In this document: positions 12,221-25,089 of the stretch, piece after piece
Position numbering within the stretch: the stretch's first letter is position 1
Layout: each line of letters begins with the position of its first letter
Assembly: GCA_051362555.1 (NCBI GenBank)
Contig: CM120645.1
Span: forward strand, 5,890,001 to 5,954,000
Direction: 5' to 3'
DNA: 64,000 nt
From: Lingula anatina
Taxonomy: Eukaryota; Animalia; Brachiopoda
Made by a program: the position numbers and the translations under genes
The notes under the pieces: generated by a model
Told to the model about the DNA's origin: nothing
The model's database searches: none
The model's input: the letters and a program-made list of their open reading frames with translations, nothing else

Positions 12221-14045
12221 CTAGAATGCCTATACGTCCCCGCATCCGATACTCCCGCGCTTCTTTACATCACCGCACCAATACTCCCCCGCACCGATAC
12301 TCCCCCGCTTCTTTACATCCCCGCATCGATACCCCCCCCCCCCCCCCCCCCCCCCCCCCGATACTCCCGCGTACCAATACTCCGCAAAAACACTACTCCC
12401 CAAAGCAAAGATTCCCTGGGCTTTGTAGACACAAATCGTGCTTCAAAACCCTTTCTATTATGCTATTTTTTTCAAAGTCGCACAACCCTCTTGGGACACA
12501 TAATTGACACATTTTATTCGAAATATATTGGGGAAAATAAAGGGCGTTACTCGAAGTCGATCTCAGACTTTGCGTGCAGCTTAACAGTCCGTAGGCCTAC
12601 AGCTATGCCTTGTAAATTTGAGAAATGTTTGTGCAAAATTAATATTGTTCTCCTACTGTAGTTACCGTATTTATATTATACGCCCTTTTATTTATTTACT
12701 TAAGGCAAAGTTAGTTTTAATCTAAGATGACGCAGCTATGTCTTTTCCTCAGGCAACGATGATTTTGTTTAATTATTAAATAATAAAAAAGCAGTGCTAA
12801 AGCGCTTCGTTTTCTGTTATCTTCCTCCAACCTTCTTTTCTGCTCTTAAACTTCTTTCCCTTGTCTTTTGGAGGCATATTAGAATCTGAATTGAGCAAAA
12901 TTCAAAATTTTTGAAAATTGTTGGACAACGAAATTGTAGAGACACGAGCATGCGTCGTGAGCACACCTTTTATTCTCGCAGTCCCGCCGTGTTTTCGACT
13001 TACGTCATAGATGTGAGGGCGTGCGCCGTACTCAACACGCAAAGGGCACTTTCTCTTTGATTGCTTGCGACGTGCATCTTGGACCACGCAAGTCTCACTT
13101 GCAAACTCCTCGCAAACTCCTTGCGAAGGGAGCAAGTTACGCTTGCGGCCTCGCTGTTTAAAGATTATTTAAACAGCGAGGCCGCAAGCGTAACTTGAGA
13201 TTATTTGTAGAATAAAGCGTAACAAAGATTATTTGTAGAATCTATTGGAAATGTTTAGTATCCTCCGTACGTGCTTACATACGTGCGAACTCGAAATTTC
13301 GCATAAAGGACTTGCGTGGCACGTGAGATTCTCCGCAAAATTTGGACTCAAACGGGTCGTAAGAGCCCGTGCGGCCGGTTGTGACCGAGACTAATGTGTT
13401 GTCGCCCAAGATTTTTTAGGAACTTTGCGGCTTCTTTTGTATAATACCGATGCTCAATTGTAAGCAATTAAGATTTGTAGGCCTATGCACTGCGCAATAG
13501 CATAAAAACAACATCACCAAGGATCTCCCTGTGGCCATTTTTTTTCACTTATCTCACCAATATCCAAAGCGTTTTTCCATTTGAAAAAAGTATTTCTTAT
13601 ACAATGTAGGCCGTGCTTCCGAGTCGTTGACCAATTTTTCAAATCTATATGTGAAAAAAATCGATGCAAGGTGACAGACTCTCCCATGATAGACAGTCCG
13701 GTTCCCATCAATTTGCATATAGGTAATTCAGCCCCGCCCTAGATTTTGACCCACTTACGTCGATTGACCCTAACCTGTAGCCTATAATTAAATGGATGGA
13801 TGACTCTCCGTTACCCAGACCCTCAGTTTCGTGGAAATTGCATAGGGGGAGTAATAATGCGGGGAGTATCGTTGCGGGGGAGTAACGGTGCGCGTATAGG
13901 CCTAACGGCAATTCTAGAGGGGATTTATCGATGCGGGGATCTATCGGTGTGAGGTCGTATCGACGTGCATAATGCAAAAATTTACTAAGGAGAAGTATCG
14001 GTGCGGGGGAGTATTAGTACGGGGGAGTATCGGCATGACCCCCTA
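12221..14045. mobile_element. Degenerate non-autonomous element with inverted arrays of (CCGATACTCCCCGCA)-like motifs at both ends
   Basis: GATACTCCC repeats at 12240-12400 are mirrored by GGGGAGTATC repeats at 13840-14035. No transposase ORF; boundaries approximate. Confidence 0.55.
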
Positions 14046-14191
14046 GAATATCCTCACAGCATTATCTGCAATTTTTAATGTATTTTGCAATATAATTTTC
14101 ATTCCTCCCGATGGATAATTTTATTAATCAAGAGTGGGGGAGGGGTGGAAAATCCCCTTGGTGCCACATATAACACTATAAATGCGAAAGG

Positions 14192-16512
14192 AACTAGAGG
14201 ATCAGAGAGGCGATACCGCCTCCGAATATTGTACCACCAGCTGGAGCAAGCGCATTCATATAGACCCCCACATACACATAATAAGGGACACAGCCACCAG
14301 TTTTGTGCTTGACAAGCTGTAAAAATGCAATCAACAAGAATTTTTAAACTTTTGCAAAAAATATATATGGTACAATCAAATTTAAGTTCTTCGTAAGATA
14401 GGTCAAGGGTCAATTTCAAGGTCACAGTAAATTGCCAGTATATGACTTCCTATTCAAGTTCAAGAGTAACTATGGACCTATCTCTGCCAGTTTTGGAGAT
14501 AAAAGGGAAGCAAAATTTGCAAAGTTCAGTTCATGGTGAAAAGTAGGTCAAAGGTCAATTTTAAGGTCACATTTAGATTGCCAGTATATGACTTCCTATT
14601 CAACTTCAATAGTAACTATGGACCTATCTCTGCCAGTTTTGGAGATAAAAGAAAAGCAAAATTTGCAAAATTCAGTTCATGGTGTAAAGTAGGTCAAAGG
14701 TCAATTTTAAGGTCACATTTAGATTGCCAGTATATGACTTCCTATTCAAGTTCAATAGTAACTATGGACCTATCTCTGCCAGTTTTGGAGATAAAAGGGA
14801 AGAAAAATTTGCAAAGTTCAGTTCATGGTGAAAAGTAGGTCAAAGGTCAATTTTAAGGTCACATATAGATTGCCAGTATATGACTTCCTATTCAAGTTCA
14901 ATAGTAACTACGGACCTATCTCTGCCAGTTTTGGAGATAAAAGGAAAGCAAAATTTGCAAAGTTCAATTCGTGGTGAAAAGTAGGTCAAAGGTCAATTTC
15001 AAGATCACATTTAGATTGCCAGTATATGACTTTCTATTCAAGTTCAATAGTAACTACGGACCTATCTCTGCCAGTTTTGGAGATAAAAGAAAAGCAAAAT
15101 TTGCAAAATTCAGTTCATGGTGTAAAGTAGGTCAAAGGTCAATTTTAAGGTCACATTTAGATTGCCAGTATATGACTTCCTATTCAAGTTCATTAGTAAC
15201 TATGGACCTATCTCTGCCAGTTTTGGACATAAAAGGGAATAAAAATTTGCAAAGTTCAGTTCATGTTGAAAAGTAGGTCAAAGGTAAATTTTAAGATCAC
15301 ATTTTGATTGCCAGTGTATGACTTCCTATTCAAGTTCAATAGTAACTATGGACCTATCTCTGCCAGTTTTGGAGATAAAAGGGAAGCAAAATTTGCAAAG
15401 TTCAGTTCATGGTGAAAAGTAGGTCAAAGGTCAATTTCAAGGTCACAGTAAGATTGCCAGTATATGACTTCCTATTCAACTTCAATAGTAACTATGGACC
15501 TATCTCTGCCAGTTTTGGAGATATAAGGGACTAAATGTTATAATTTTGGGGTTACCATAATGTGCCTTAAATTTCGTACAGAAAAAATTAATTAAAATAA
15601 AGAAAATGTCATTTTGGTCAAAATTCTTGAAATAGGAGGTGCTCTGAAGTTTCAGAAGTTCAAATTTGATGAAATAATGTCATTTTTGAACACAAGTTGT
15701 CTGCTTTGCCAAGCCTTATGTTTTATTTTTCCAGAGTTCAAAATTTATTATCCATTACCGTACTGCACAATTTGCTTTTACCACCAATATGTACTTTTTG
15801 ATACAGCATAACTCAGAAACCGTATGGAATACTAAAAAACCGAGACCACCTCCAGTGTTGGGCTTTACATGCTCTACAAAATGCAAAAAAGAATGGGTCT
15901 CTAGCATTAACGGTTCCCGAATTAGAGACAGTTTTCAGTTTCGGTATCTTATGGCCGCTACTCCCGTGAAAATGCACCGATTGACCCCAAATTCATGGAG
16001 ATGAAAGATGACCTGAAGGGTAACACTTTCCAATAATATTATTGGTTAAGTCTGTGTAGTGTCTGAATAACAGGGCAAAAAAATTTTTTTTCGTAAAAAA
16101 TTTCATTTTTTTGAAAATTTTGGCCCATTTGACCTTGAAGTAAAGGTCAAAGGTCAAATCCAAGGGTATATTTGAAATCTACACATATGACTTTTGGAAA
16201 GCTGTCTATAGAAATTTTTCCCATAACTCCTTCCGTAGGGTAGATAATTAGCATTTAATTTTGCCATTTTTAGACAAGGGTGCATTGTAATGAGTGCCAC
16301 ACCCAGACCCCAATACCGACAAAGCCCAAATTTTACGTGGAACAAGTTGAGATTATAGGTGACCTAAATCCATGAGATGGGTATGGGGGCCCTTACCGTC
16401 TAGGAGGAGAAGCGGTAACGGTAGCCGTCCGGCGGAGCCGGCGGAGCCGGCGGAACGATCCGGACGGGACCGAAACCATGTGTACCGCCAGCGCTAACGC
16501 TGGTGGTACAAT
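14192..16512. mobile_element. Helentron-associated non-autonomous element (HINE/pearl/DINE-1-like) carrying a central satellite
   Basis: 14-bp subterminal inverted repeats ATTGTACCACCAGC (14228-14241) and GCTGGTGGTACAAT (16499-16512); terminal hairpin TGTACCGCCAGCG-ctaa-CGCTGGTGGTACA; short CGGCGGAGC repeats before the end; central tandem array; inserted at an AA/TT site with no TSD. Confidence 0.7.
14399..15530. repeat. 146-bp tandem satellite, ~7.7 copies
   Basis: An AGGTCAAAGGTCA landmark recurs every 146 bp (14545, 14691, 14837, 14983, 15129, 15275, 15421). Duplicate ORFs are offset by 438 = 3x146. Confidence 0.95.
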
Positions 16513-16600
16513 TACCCTATTTGTGAAGAGAAAATAAATGTATTTGTTTATTTCAAACAGCGTACTTTTCGAGCATGCGCAGTAGTTTGAGACCTGTGCT

Positions 16601-16755
16601 ATTCCGCATATTATTCGAGTAGGAACTACATGTGGTTCATTGCCATATCTAATTTCAGTATGATGTGATTGAACGCAATCCTACTATTATATACTTAACT
16701 ATATCATGACAATACGAACACGATGAACCACATGTACTCCCATAATATGCGGAAT
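16601..16755. mobile_element. Small MITE inserted in the right arm of the foldback element
   Basis: TIR ATTCCGCATATTAT / ATAATATGCGGAAT; absent from the corresponding left arm (~11150). Confidence 0.7.
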
Positions 16756-18461
16756 TGAAAACATGGAAAAGGTCAAGGACGTTTCAGATCGCTGACGGTG
16801 CGCGCGCGCCATCTGGTGTTAAGTCCGCGAATGACCGTTTGCGACAACTGATTGTTGAGTTACGGCAACTGATTGTTGAGTTGACGTCTGCATTTTTTGC
16901 GTGAATGGCGCACCATGCATTCGCGCCATTCACGCAAAAAATGCATTGTTGAGTTGCGGTAACTGACTTTTGAATCGTTTATTGACTGTTAGATTTTGAC
17001 GAATGATTAAAATGACCACAACTTATTTAGTAGAATTAAGTTTAGATAGTTAAAGTAGGTTTTGGTTAGATAGTGCCGGTAGATTGTTGATTTGACGTCT
17101 GTATTTTTTGCGTGAATGGCGCACCATGCTTTCACGCCATTCACGCAAAAATACATTGATACATTGTTGAGTTGCGGTGACTGATTGTTGAGTTGCGGTG
17201 ACTGATTGTTGAGTTGCGGTGACTGATTGTTGAGTTGCAGTAACTGACTTTTGAATCGTTATTATTGATTGTTAGATTTTGATGAATGATTAAAATGACC
17301 ACAACTAATTTAGTAGAATTAAGTTTAGATAGTTAAAGTAGGTTTTGGCTGTTAAATAGTGCCGATAGATTGTTGAGTTGACGTCTGCATTTTTTGCGTG
17401 AATGGCGCTCCATACATTTTAATCATCCATTCATTAGTACATTGTTTCTTTTTTTCTTAATAATAGCTAGTGACATGAAAAGAAAAAAAAGGTATCCAGT
17501 GTGGTTAGTTGAAGGGGCTTCACGTCAGACCTTTTGTATTTTCTTTATGAGTACTTACTCCCCAGAAAATGGCTTTTGTAAATTATATTTACCATTTCAA
17601 AAATATGTATATATGAGTTATCATAGAGAAAAGAAAATGCTGTAGATAATTGTTAAAGGCAGATGAAGATACAACTTTTAATTTCCAGTTAATGTGAACA
17701 GTGATCTTGTCACTGATGTAAACATGTTAATGACATAATTTTTTCTAATGAAACGCAAAAAAGAACTGTAAAAGACTGATAATTGTATTGTTGTAATAAA
17801 AAATGCAGATCACTTACAGAAGGCAACAGATGGGAATGGATTTTGAGTTCACTGTATGAAATAAAAGATCTGATGAAGAAATGTTAAGATAGGACTTTTT
17901 AAATGAAATTTGAGGTTGACATAACATAATAAGGGAAAAGCATAGGATATATTTCAGTCTATTCATTAAATTGTTTAATTAACTGGCTTTATCTAGGATT
18001 TCACTGGCTTGACTCCTTTTTAATACGAAAGATTGGTTTTTATCAAATTCAAAATATCTCGAACCTAAATGAGCATAATTTGCCTTGATTATCCATGAAA
18101 TATTGTCTTCTTTTTGCAAACTTATATTCTATACTTTCAAACTTGAACACAAGGGTCAGTAAAAGAAAAAGAATATTCACAAAATACTCAAGGTAGATTT
18201 AATTATCACAGATCAATAAAGTACATTATTTCAGCATTGAATGCCTTAGTTATCTAAAAAATGTCTGTTTAAAAGTGAATGAGATCATGAACAGCTGTAT
18301 CTATTAATAAAAAAGGAACTTCATGAGATTCTGGTCACATTTTCTGCACCGTTGCTATGCATTAAATATTAAGGACAAAGTTCAAAACAGTTCTTGCACT
18401 ATTTCTGAAATTATATCACTAATATGTCAAAGGTTCCACTGCCACTAGAGCACTGAGTTTT

Positions 18462-21400
18462 TTAAAACTTAACAAACTGTGTTTTCTCCTGCCTGTGAGC
18501 ATCCTCACCAGCCTCATTTGATGAGAAAAGTAGGCAGTAACCATAAACACAAACTGCCTTCAAGGTTTGAAACACAAACAAGTCCTCTAGCAGTGCCACT
18601 CCTACCAGAGCAGCCCAGTTGTACACAGCGCTATCACTCAGCTCTCCGCCATACGCAATGGTGAGAAATACTGCCAAAGCCATGGAGACGCCCAGCAAAA
18701 TGACTGCTGGATAGATCAAAATGTGGGGCAACTTTCCGCTATCGTGTTTTCTGTTGACCATCATCTCCAGTGACTTCAGCTCAGTGTATGGCACCTCATC
18801 TGATGGTTCTGGAACAGATTGTGGGGAAATGAATAAATGAATTCGGAAAGTATGTGAAAGTTTTACTTCAAATTGAAGCAGGCTAATATTACCTCCCATA
18901 TGACCATAATCACTGCTATGATTATAATGAGTAAGGGCAAGGAAGGTTATATTGAAACCAATGTTCTAAATATATTCAAAATGTAAACTGTTTGGATACA
19001 TATTCAAAAATGTATTATTTTTTATATGTTCATTCTTTTTAAAATTTAACTTTTTAAATTAACTGAACTGACGGACATTACACCAAACTGGACAATTACC
19101 TTCCCAAATATTAACAGCTACAGTTTGTGGTGCAGTGGTGCAGTGCAGTGGCGTTCCTTCTTTAGCTGAATGTTTTAAAACATTATATAAACTAGAATAA
19201 ATTACTTGCAGTTTGGAAGTCTGGCAAAACAAATCTTTGCAAAATTAATTAAAAAATATAAAGATATTAAAAACTTCTGTATCAGACATTTGCACAAAAT
19301 ATGAAAATCTTGAAACTGCTTTGAAATGTTCACAAAATGCCAACTAGTTGTTGGTGCTACAATATGTTTTGCCACCTGACAATTACCTTTCTCTACATCC
19401 ACTGCCACATCATGCTCAGATGTCTGCTTTGGTAGCTCAGCATTGTATTTTGTCTGGTTGATGTCTGAAATAAGGTTATTCTAAAATTGTATAAAACAAA
19501 TAAAGGAAAATGTGAGAACTTTTTTGTTTGAGCGTTACTACTCTATACTTGAACATAAATAAAGCAGCAGAAAATGAAAATAAAAAAATGTTACATCTGT
19601 TTTACACACATAAAAAAAGGATTAAAAATACATCAACATCATCAGATAGACATTTCTACAGCATAATATAAAGGTAAACTTTTACATAAGTATATAATTA
19701 CCTGGGTGGAGAAAACTTGGGTTAAAGTGAGCAATGAGACTGTAAAAAGGTGAAACATCTGCATTTCTGTAGCTGAAAGTCTTCCCATCATGGGATTTTG
19801 GGTGATCTGCCTGCATCTTCTTTTGCATCTTTGAGTTTAGCCTAGGGTTGTTAGGAGGAGCATAAGTGAAGAACTCAGAAGCAATGCAGTTGTTATTCTC
19901 CCTAGAGACTTCTGGCATCTGGAGTATGATGCTGCTAATGGACAGTGCACTGGAACTGGGAGTGCTGTTGTAGCTGAGTGTTTTCTAAAATTTTGAAAAT
20001 CATCCAATAATCGATTCTGCTTACTGGTAAATTCAGTCAAAATAAACCAAAGACAGAAACATTTATTCTGACAGTGACTTGATGTTGCGTGATAATATCA
20101 CAATATTAATATAATGTCTTTTTATGTTCTTAGTTTATGTGCATGTGCTAATAAATCAAACCATGCAAATATCATAATGTCAAACGTTACAGAAATGATA
20201 CAAGTGTCTGTTTTTAATTACAAGAAGGCAATACATGTATGTCTCAAAGGCAATCCATGATATCTGTACAGGCACATACATGCATGCACAAACAAAAATT
20301 AGAAAGAAATAATTAATACCCCTTTCCTGCTGTCCATATCTCCCTCGGCAACCATATCTTCCTTGACAACCAAATTTTCATTGGCAACCATTTCTTCAAT
20401 CTGTGCCATAGCCTGGTGTTCAACAGTTGCACGTGCCAAATCATAGCCCTTCTCAAAGTCATAAGCCACCTGTTTCATCATGGTCTCCACACTTCCATGC
20501 ACAACTTGTTGGAACCCATCACTGATTGTGCAACTGAAAAAATAAAGAAAGTGATTGATCTTTCTTCATTTTAACCAAGAAATATTGTAAAGAATGAGTA
20601 TTATTGGTAGAATAACACTCTGGCTACAATGAATAACTCCATTAATTAACACACTCAAAGCATGTATGTGTCACTTTATAAAAGCAAAATAATATGAAAG
20701 CATTTCAACAGTAAAACACAAAATAAGACAGATTTATGATGAAAACAGGTTTTTAGTAGTCTTTAATGGGGTGGAGTCTAATACAAGTTGTCAGAATCAG
20801 ACATCACTATGAGCAACACATGTGATCAACTCCCAAAGCTGAACACAAATTTAACTTTATTCCAACATATTTATGAAATCAGGAGTCTTAAAAAAAAAGA
20901 CTCCTTACATGTCATCATACTGGGGCTCATCTTCCAGGCTCTGCAGCACAGTGGTGTCACCAGTGTCCTCTCTGTCATAGCACCTGATATTGTACATTGC
21001 TACATCATATATGCCATTCACAAGGAATGTTCCTATATTGACAAGGAGGCTGGAGAGGAAGATGCCTCTATCAAGCTGAATGACACCAACAGCACTGAGA
21101 AGGGTACTGGTAAGCAGCATGTTTGCAAACATGTAGTTCAAGGTGCTGTTAAACCACAGAAGGACAGGGGCCAACTTCAAGCTGGAACAGCGTGTCCATC
21201 CATGACAGGACCACATATACAGAAGGCAAGTTTGCAGCCTAAACCTGAAAAATATTAAATTTATATAAAATATCGAAGTACAGACATTGTACATGAAAAT
21301 TAAATACTACATGTACATTCCATGTTTAAGGAAAACTGTATACTGCATAAAGAAATCAGAATACATGTCATAATTATTATTATTTTTTATATTCTATGTG

Positions 21401-22987
21401 TTGATAACTTGCAAAAACAGTCATTTCAAAGAACATTACTAGTATATGCTTATTTATTAATTGTGAGAAAGTCTCCAACTTTACCTGGAGTTCTTACATG
21501 ACTCCAAAGTGGTGTATCCCACTGTGAGGCATCCATTGCTGCTGAAGTGAGATTCACAGCCAGATACTGTATCATATACTGTTATGTCCAGCATATTCCT
21601 TCAATGAAATAGAAATATATATTACAATTTTTTTTTTTTTTTGCCCAAGTTTCTTTAATAACCACAAATATTGAACAATTGGTATTTGGAATAAATTGCT
21701 GCTTCTAAATATCTGTACTGAGATGCTAGCTTACACTTTTTTCCATTCTGTATTACAGTATATATTAATATATCTAGATAACTCCATGAATATAGCTTTA
21801 ACTACAGAGGCACCCAAGGCATTCATAACACAAATCATATTTCAGAACACTGACAGAAATAATCTTCATGATTTGCATAACTTTTTTTATAAATGTAGTA
21901 CTATGATGTAGTGATGTTTGTGATGTTGCAGTTTGTTCTTTAAATTACCATTGAGCTCCTGGTCTTCCACTGATGTTTACCACAACATTCTTCAGTTTTC
22001 CCAGGGACTCTGAGTTTAAAATAATAATAACAAAAAACATTTAGTATAATGTTAGCATGTTGTTTGAGAATAAAACAGGCATCAAATATGATAAAGTTGT
22101 AGTTTAAGGGTGCATTCCCAGAGATTTAGATCGATCCAGAGATTTAGATTTAGATCAACCTAACTCCCTGGGGGTTCATGCTAAATTGCAGTCAGCCGAG
22201 TGCACACCATAGTTAATTACAATCTTACAGCTTTTAGTAGGCGTGACAGATGCTTAAGCCGGCTAAGCTGACAGTAATCTAGTGAGACTCCCCACAGGGA
22301 TAGATCGATCTAAAATCTATGGAAATGGGGTCTAATTGTAAAAGTAAATTCAGTTTAACAAAACAAGACCAACAGCACCTTGTTTTACAAACCTAAAAGG
22401 ATTCTTGCACTAACACTCTCAAAATATGCTTTTCTTTATAATAAATAAGCAACATGCATGGAGTTCTGTAAACATAATACTAATAATAACTATAATATAT
22501 GTAATAATAATAATAATGTTAGATCTATGTAATAAAGCTTCTAATAGAGATAAACAGTAAACTGTGACAAGGTGTTCTAGTAAAGACTGTACATGCTGAA
22601 TTGATTGCAGTAAGTAAATGGTAATTAACTGCTAATAATATTGTTGAATCAATATTTGCAGGCAATGAAATCTACATGTGCTCCAAAAATATTCAAGATG
22701 TTTACCTTTGGTATACAAAAGGAACCAGTTCTTCTGTCCTACCCCAAGGAAATTGTGCTTTTTCCCATGTTCATTCAGATTGTATTCAGGAGATACCCCC
22801 TGGTCTCCTTTCAACTGTAATCTGACTTTGGGCGTCTTTCCTGCTATTTAAAACAACATACACATTTCTGTAGTTAGGAATAAATACAGTTAAGCAACGA
22901 CTTCGATAATAATATACAAAGGCAAGACTTGTCATTGGCCTATATCTCTTTTTCTATTTTTGTTATTTTGTTTTTATTATTGTTATC

Positions 22988-23019
<32 letters not shown>

Positions 23020-23940
23020 CTGAAGACACTTAAACACTTTTATTTCACAAAATAATAACTAGTTTAAGCTTTTCAACAAGAATCAGAATCAATAACCTAG
23101 AAGATCTTAGCATCACTCTTACCTCTTTTCAGCCCATTTTGAACTGCTACCATGTATCTATAGTGATGTTCACCAGAATATTTGGGAACAACAACGATAC
23201 CACTCTGCTTTCTCTGAAATGATAATGACCATTATAATTATAAGGCAAAAGAAAAGAAAGTAAAGGAAATGAAAAGTATGTCAAAATAAAACAATGATGT
23301 TATGAAGTTGATTACAGTTGAAACAAAATAATTTTCAGTTCTTTGCCACAGTTGCTTATTTTATATTTTAAAAAAGTTTATCTATTACAGAAATTCCTAA
23401 GAGAAAGCTACACTTTCACATGCATGCAGGCCAAACTTAAAGTTTTGTTTTAGTACCTTCTTCCACTTCAGCCATATAATAAAGCTCATGGTGACAAACA
23501 TGAGTCCAACAAAAGCATATATAAAGGCGTAAGTAAGTCTGTTGTTTTTCACAAACTTAGGAGGCATTTTCAAGGTATTAGCTAGCAAAGAAACGAAAGG
23601 ATGGAGCTTAGAAAATGGAAAACAAGGAAGCAAATCAAGGGCAAGGAGAATTAATAAAAAGCGTGGTTATTTTAAATATAAAGACTATTAAAAATAGTGA
23701 AAGTAGGGTCTAATAAAAATGAGGCTCAAACTAAACAAAACACAAAGAGTGGGTTGTTGATTATTAAAATACATGAAATAGTGACAAACCAAATAAAAAA
23801 ATTACAATTTTGCTAAAATGAATGGTGAAAAAACATAAAAGATGCAAAAGAGTTCAATATAATTTGATGATATTCTTACCTCCATGGAGAGGTTGCAGGA
23901 GTAGCAACATCAACAGAACTTTGACCTTCAAGTTCTTCAT
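18462..23940 (-). CDS. Mini polycystin-1-like gene, copy 2 (12 coding exons, apparently intact)
   Basis: All 12 exons and splice sites of copy 1 are recognisable. Only substitutions and an in-frame 3-nt deletion (APPP to APP) were seen. Confidence 0.78.
22108..22332. mobile_element. PIF/Harbinger (Tourist)-like MITE in intron 4 of copy 2, TSD TAA
   Basis: Absent from the other three copies (empty site GTAGTTTAATTGTAAAAG). TAA flanks both sides; imperfect inverted ends. Related sequences occur at ~52130 and ~57168. Confidence 0.8.
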
Positions 23941-25089
23941 AACGGCAAAATTCTTTTTATATGTTCTCCCTGTATCAAATAATATGAAGCCGTGTATAAC
24001 AAACACGTAAATGAAAACAGAAGTCGCGATTCAGCGAATCAAAGAGAAATTATCGATATCTCAAAAACTTTGGACGGAGTTGACTTTAACTTCCGCCCAA
24101 ATCTCACAAATGTCTGTTGCTAATTGACGTCACAGACACAATCAACTCACGTGACCATTGTGCTGGGATGTGCGGTTGTGACATTTATACAGCCAACAAA
24201 TCGAAAAAAAAAAGGCTCGCTAGCCAAATATTGGGGCTTTAATAAATTACTTTAAAGAGGATACCTGTGGTCTATGTTATTTTTCGCATTTTGAATTTTA
24301 TGCATGTACTGGTAGAGCTACTAAAAGAAAAAACACAGCAAGGCTGGCTTCACTAAAGCAGCTAGTAATAGCATACGGGGCATTCAACAGCTCCGCATTT
24401 GTTTCATATATTATGGGTAGGCTAAGCCAACTTAGATTCCTTTGTCTGAAATATAAACAGCTTTATATTTCAGACAAAGAAATCTAAGTTGTGTAGTCCC
24501 CCCTTCCCCCCCTCCCCCCCCCCCCCCCCCCCCCCCACCTCCACAACATGAACATATTGCTTTGAGTGAACTGCTCATCTTTGCACGAAAAGAGACAAAA
24601 AATGACAAGACTCGCCGCCTAGCTCCTACTGTAGTAGAGCTACCTTCCTCGGCCCAGGGCTACTTGAATTCGCTTTGGGAGCTCCCCCCCTTCATTATTA
24701 AAGCTGGTTTCAATCATTTTTTTATTTTATAATTGAGGGAAAATATCTGAGAAATTTCACCGAATATAACCATTATATTTAAAACACTTTTAGGTCAGTA
24801 AATGGCCTAATAGAATGCAGGTAGTAACGTTATTTCTGTAACGTATGACCTCATATGAAAATGTATATACAAATGATCCAATGGGGAGATTAAAAAAACA
24901 GGATGTATTTAATACCGGAGTGCATAACAGACCTTGGGTTTTTGAAGGTCCTTTCTAAATACCGATCAACAGTCAACAGACTTGGTCTACGTACGTGCGC
25001 CAGCCCATCACTGGAAAGCATCAAAAGCAAAACACTGAACTCTACTAGAAGACGCCTCTGGATTATTGCCTGATCTCGATATCTACAAC

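Larger units (their letters stand above)
10811..17414. mobile_element. Non-autonomous foldback DNA transposon with long inverted arms and 21-bp subterminal repeats, hosting nested elements; 6-bp TSD CATTTT
   Basis: The ends TATGGAACGCCATTCACGCAAAAAATGCAG and CTGCATTTTTTGCGTGAATGGCGCTCCATA are inverted. CATTTT flanks both sides (10805-10810, 17415-17420). The empty site TTTCATTTTAATCATCC is seen at ~27391 and ~38455. Confidence 0.9.

Noticed and set aside
11448-12507. Twin ORFs MVPLPRFQKLEQ on opposite strands
   Set aside because: Artefact of a palindromic MITE; the poly-Pro stretch comes from a poly-C tract.
14533-15276. Two near-identical 101-aa ORFs
   Set aside because: Chance frames through the 146-bp satellite.
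20788-21258. 156-aa plus-strand ORF repeated at 30715
   Set aside because: It is the antisense shadow of PKD1-like exon 7 and is broken at the poly-A tract in copies 1 and 4.
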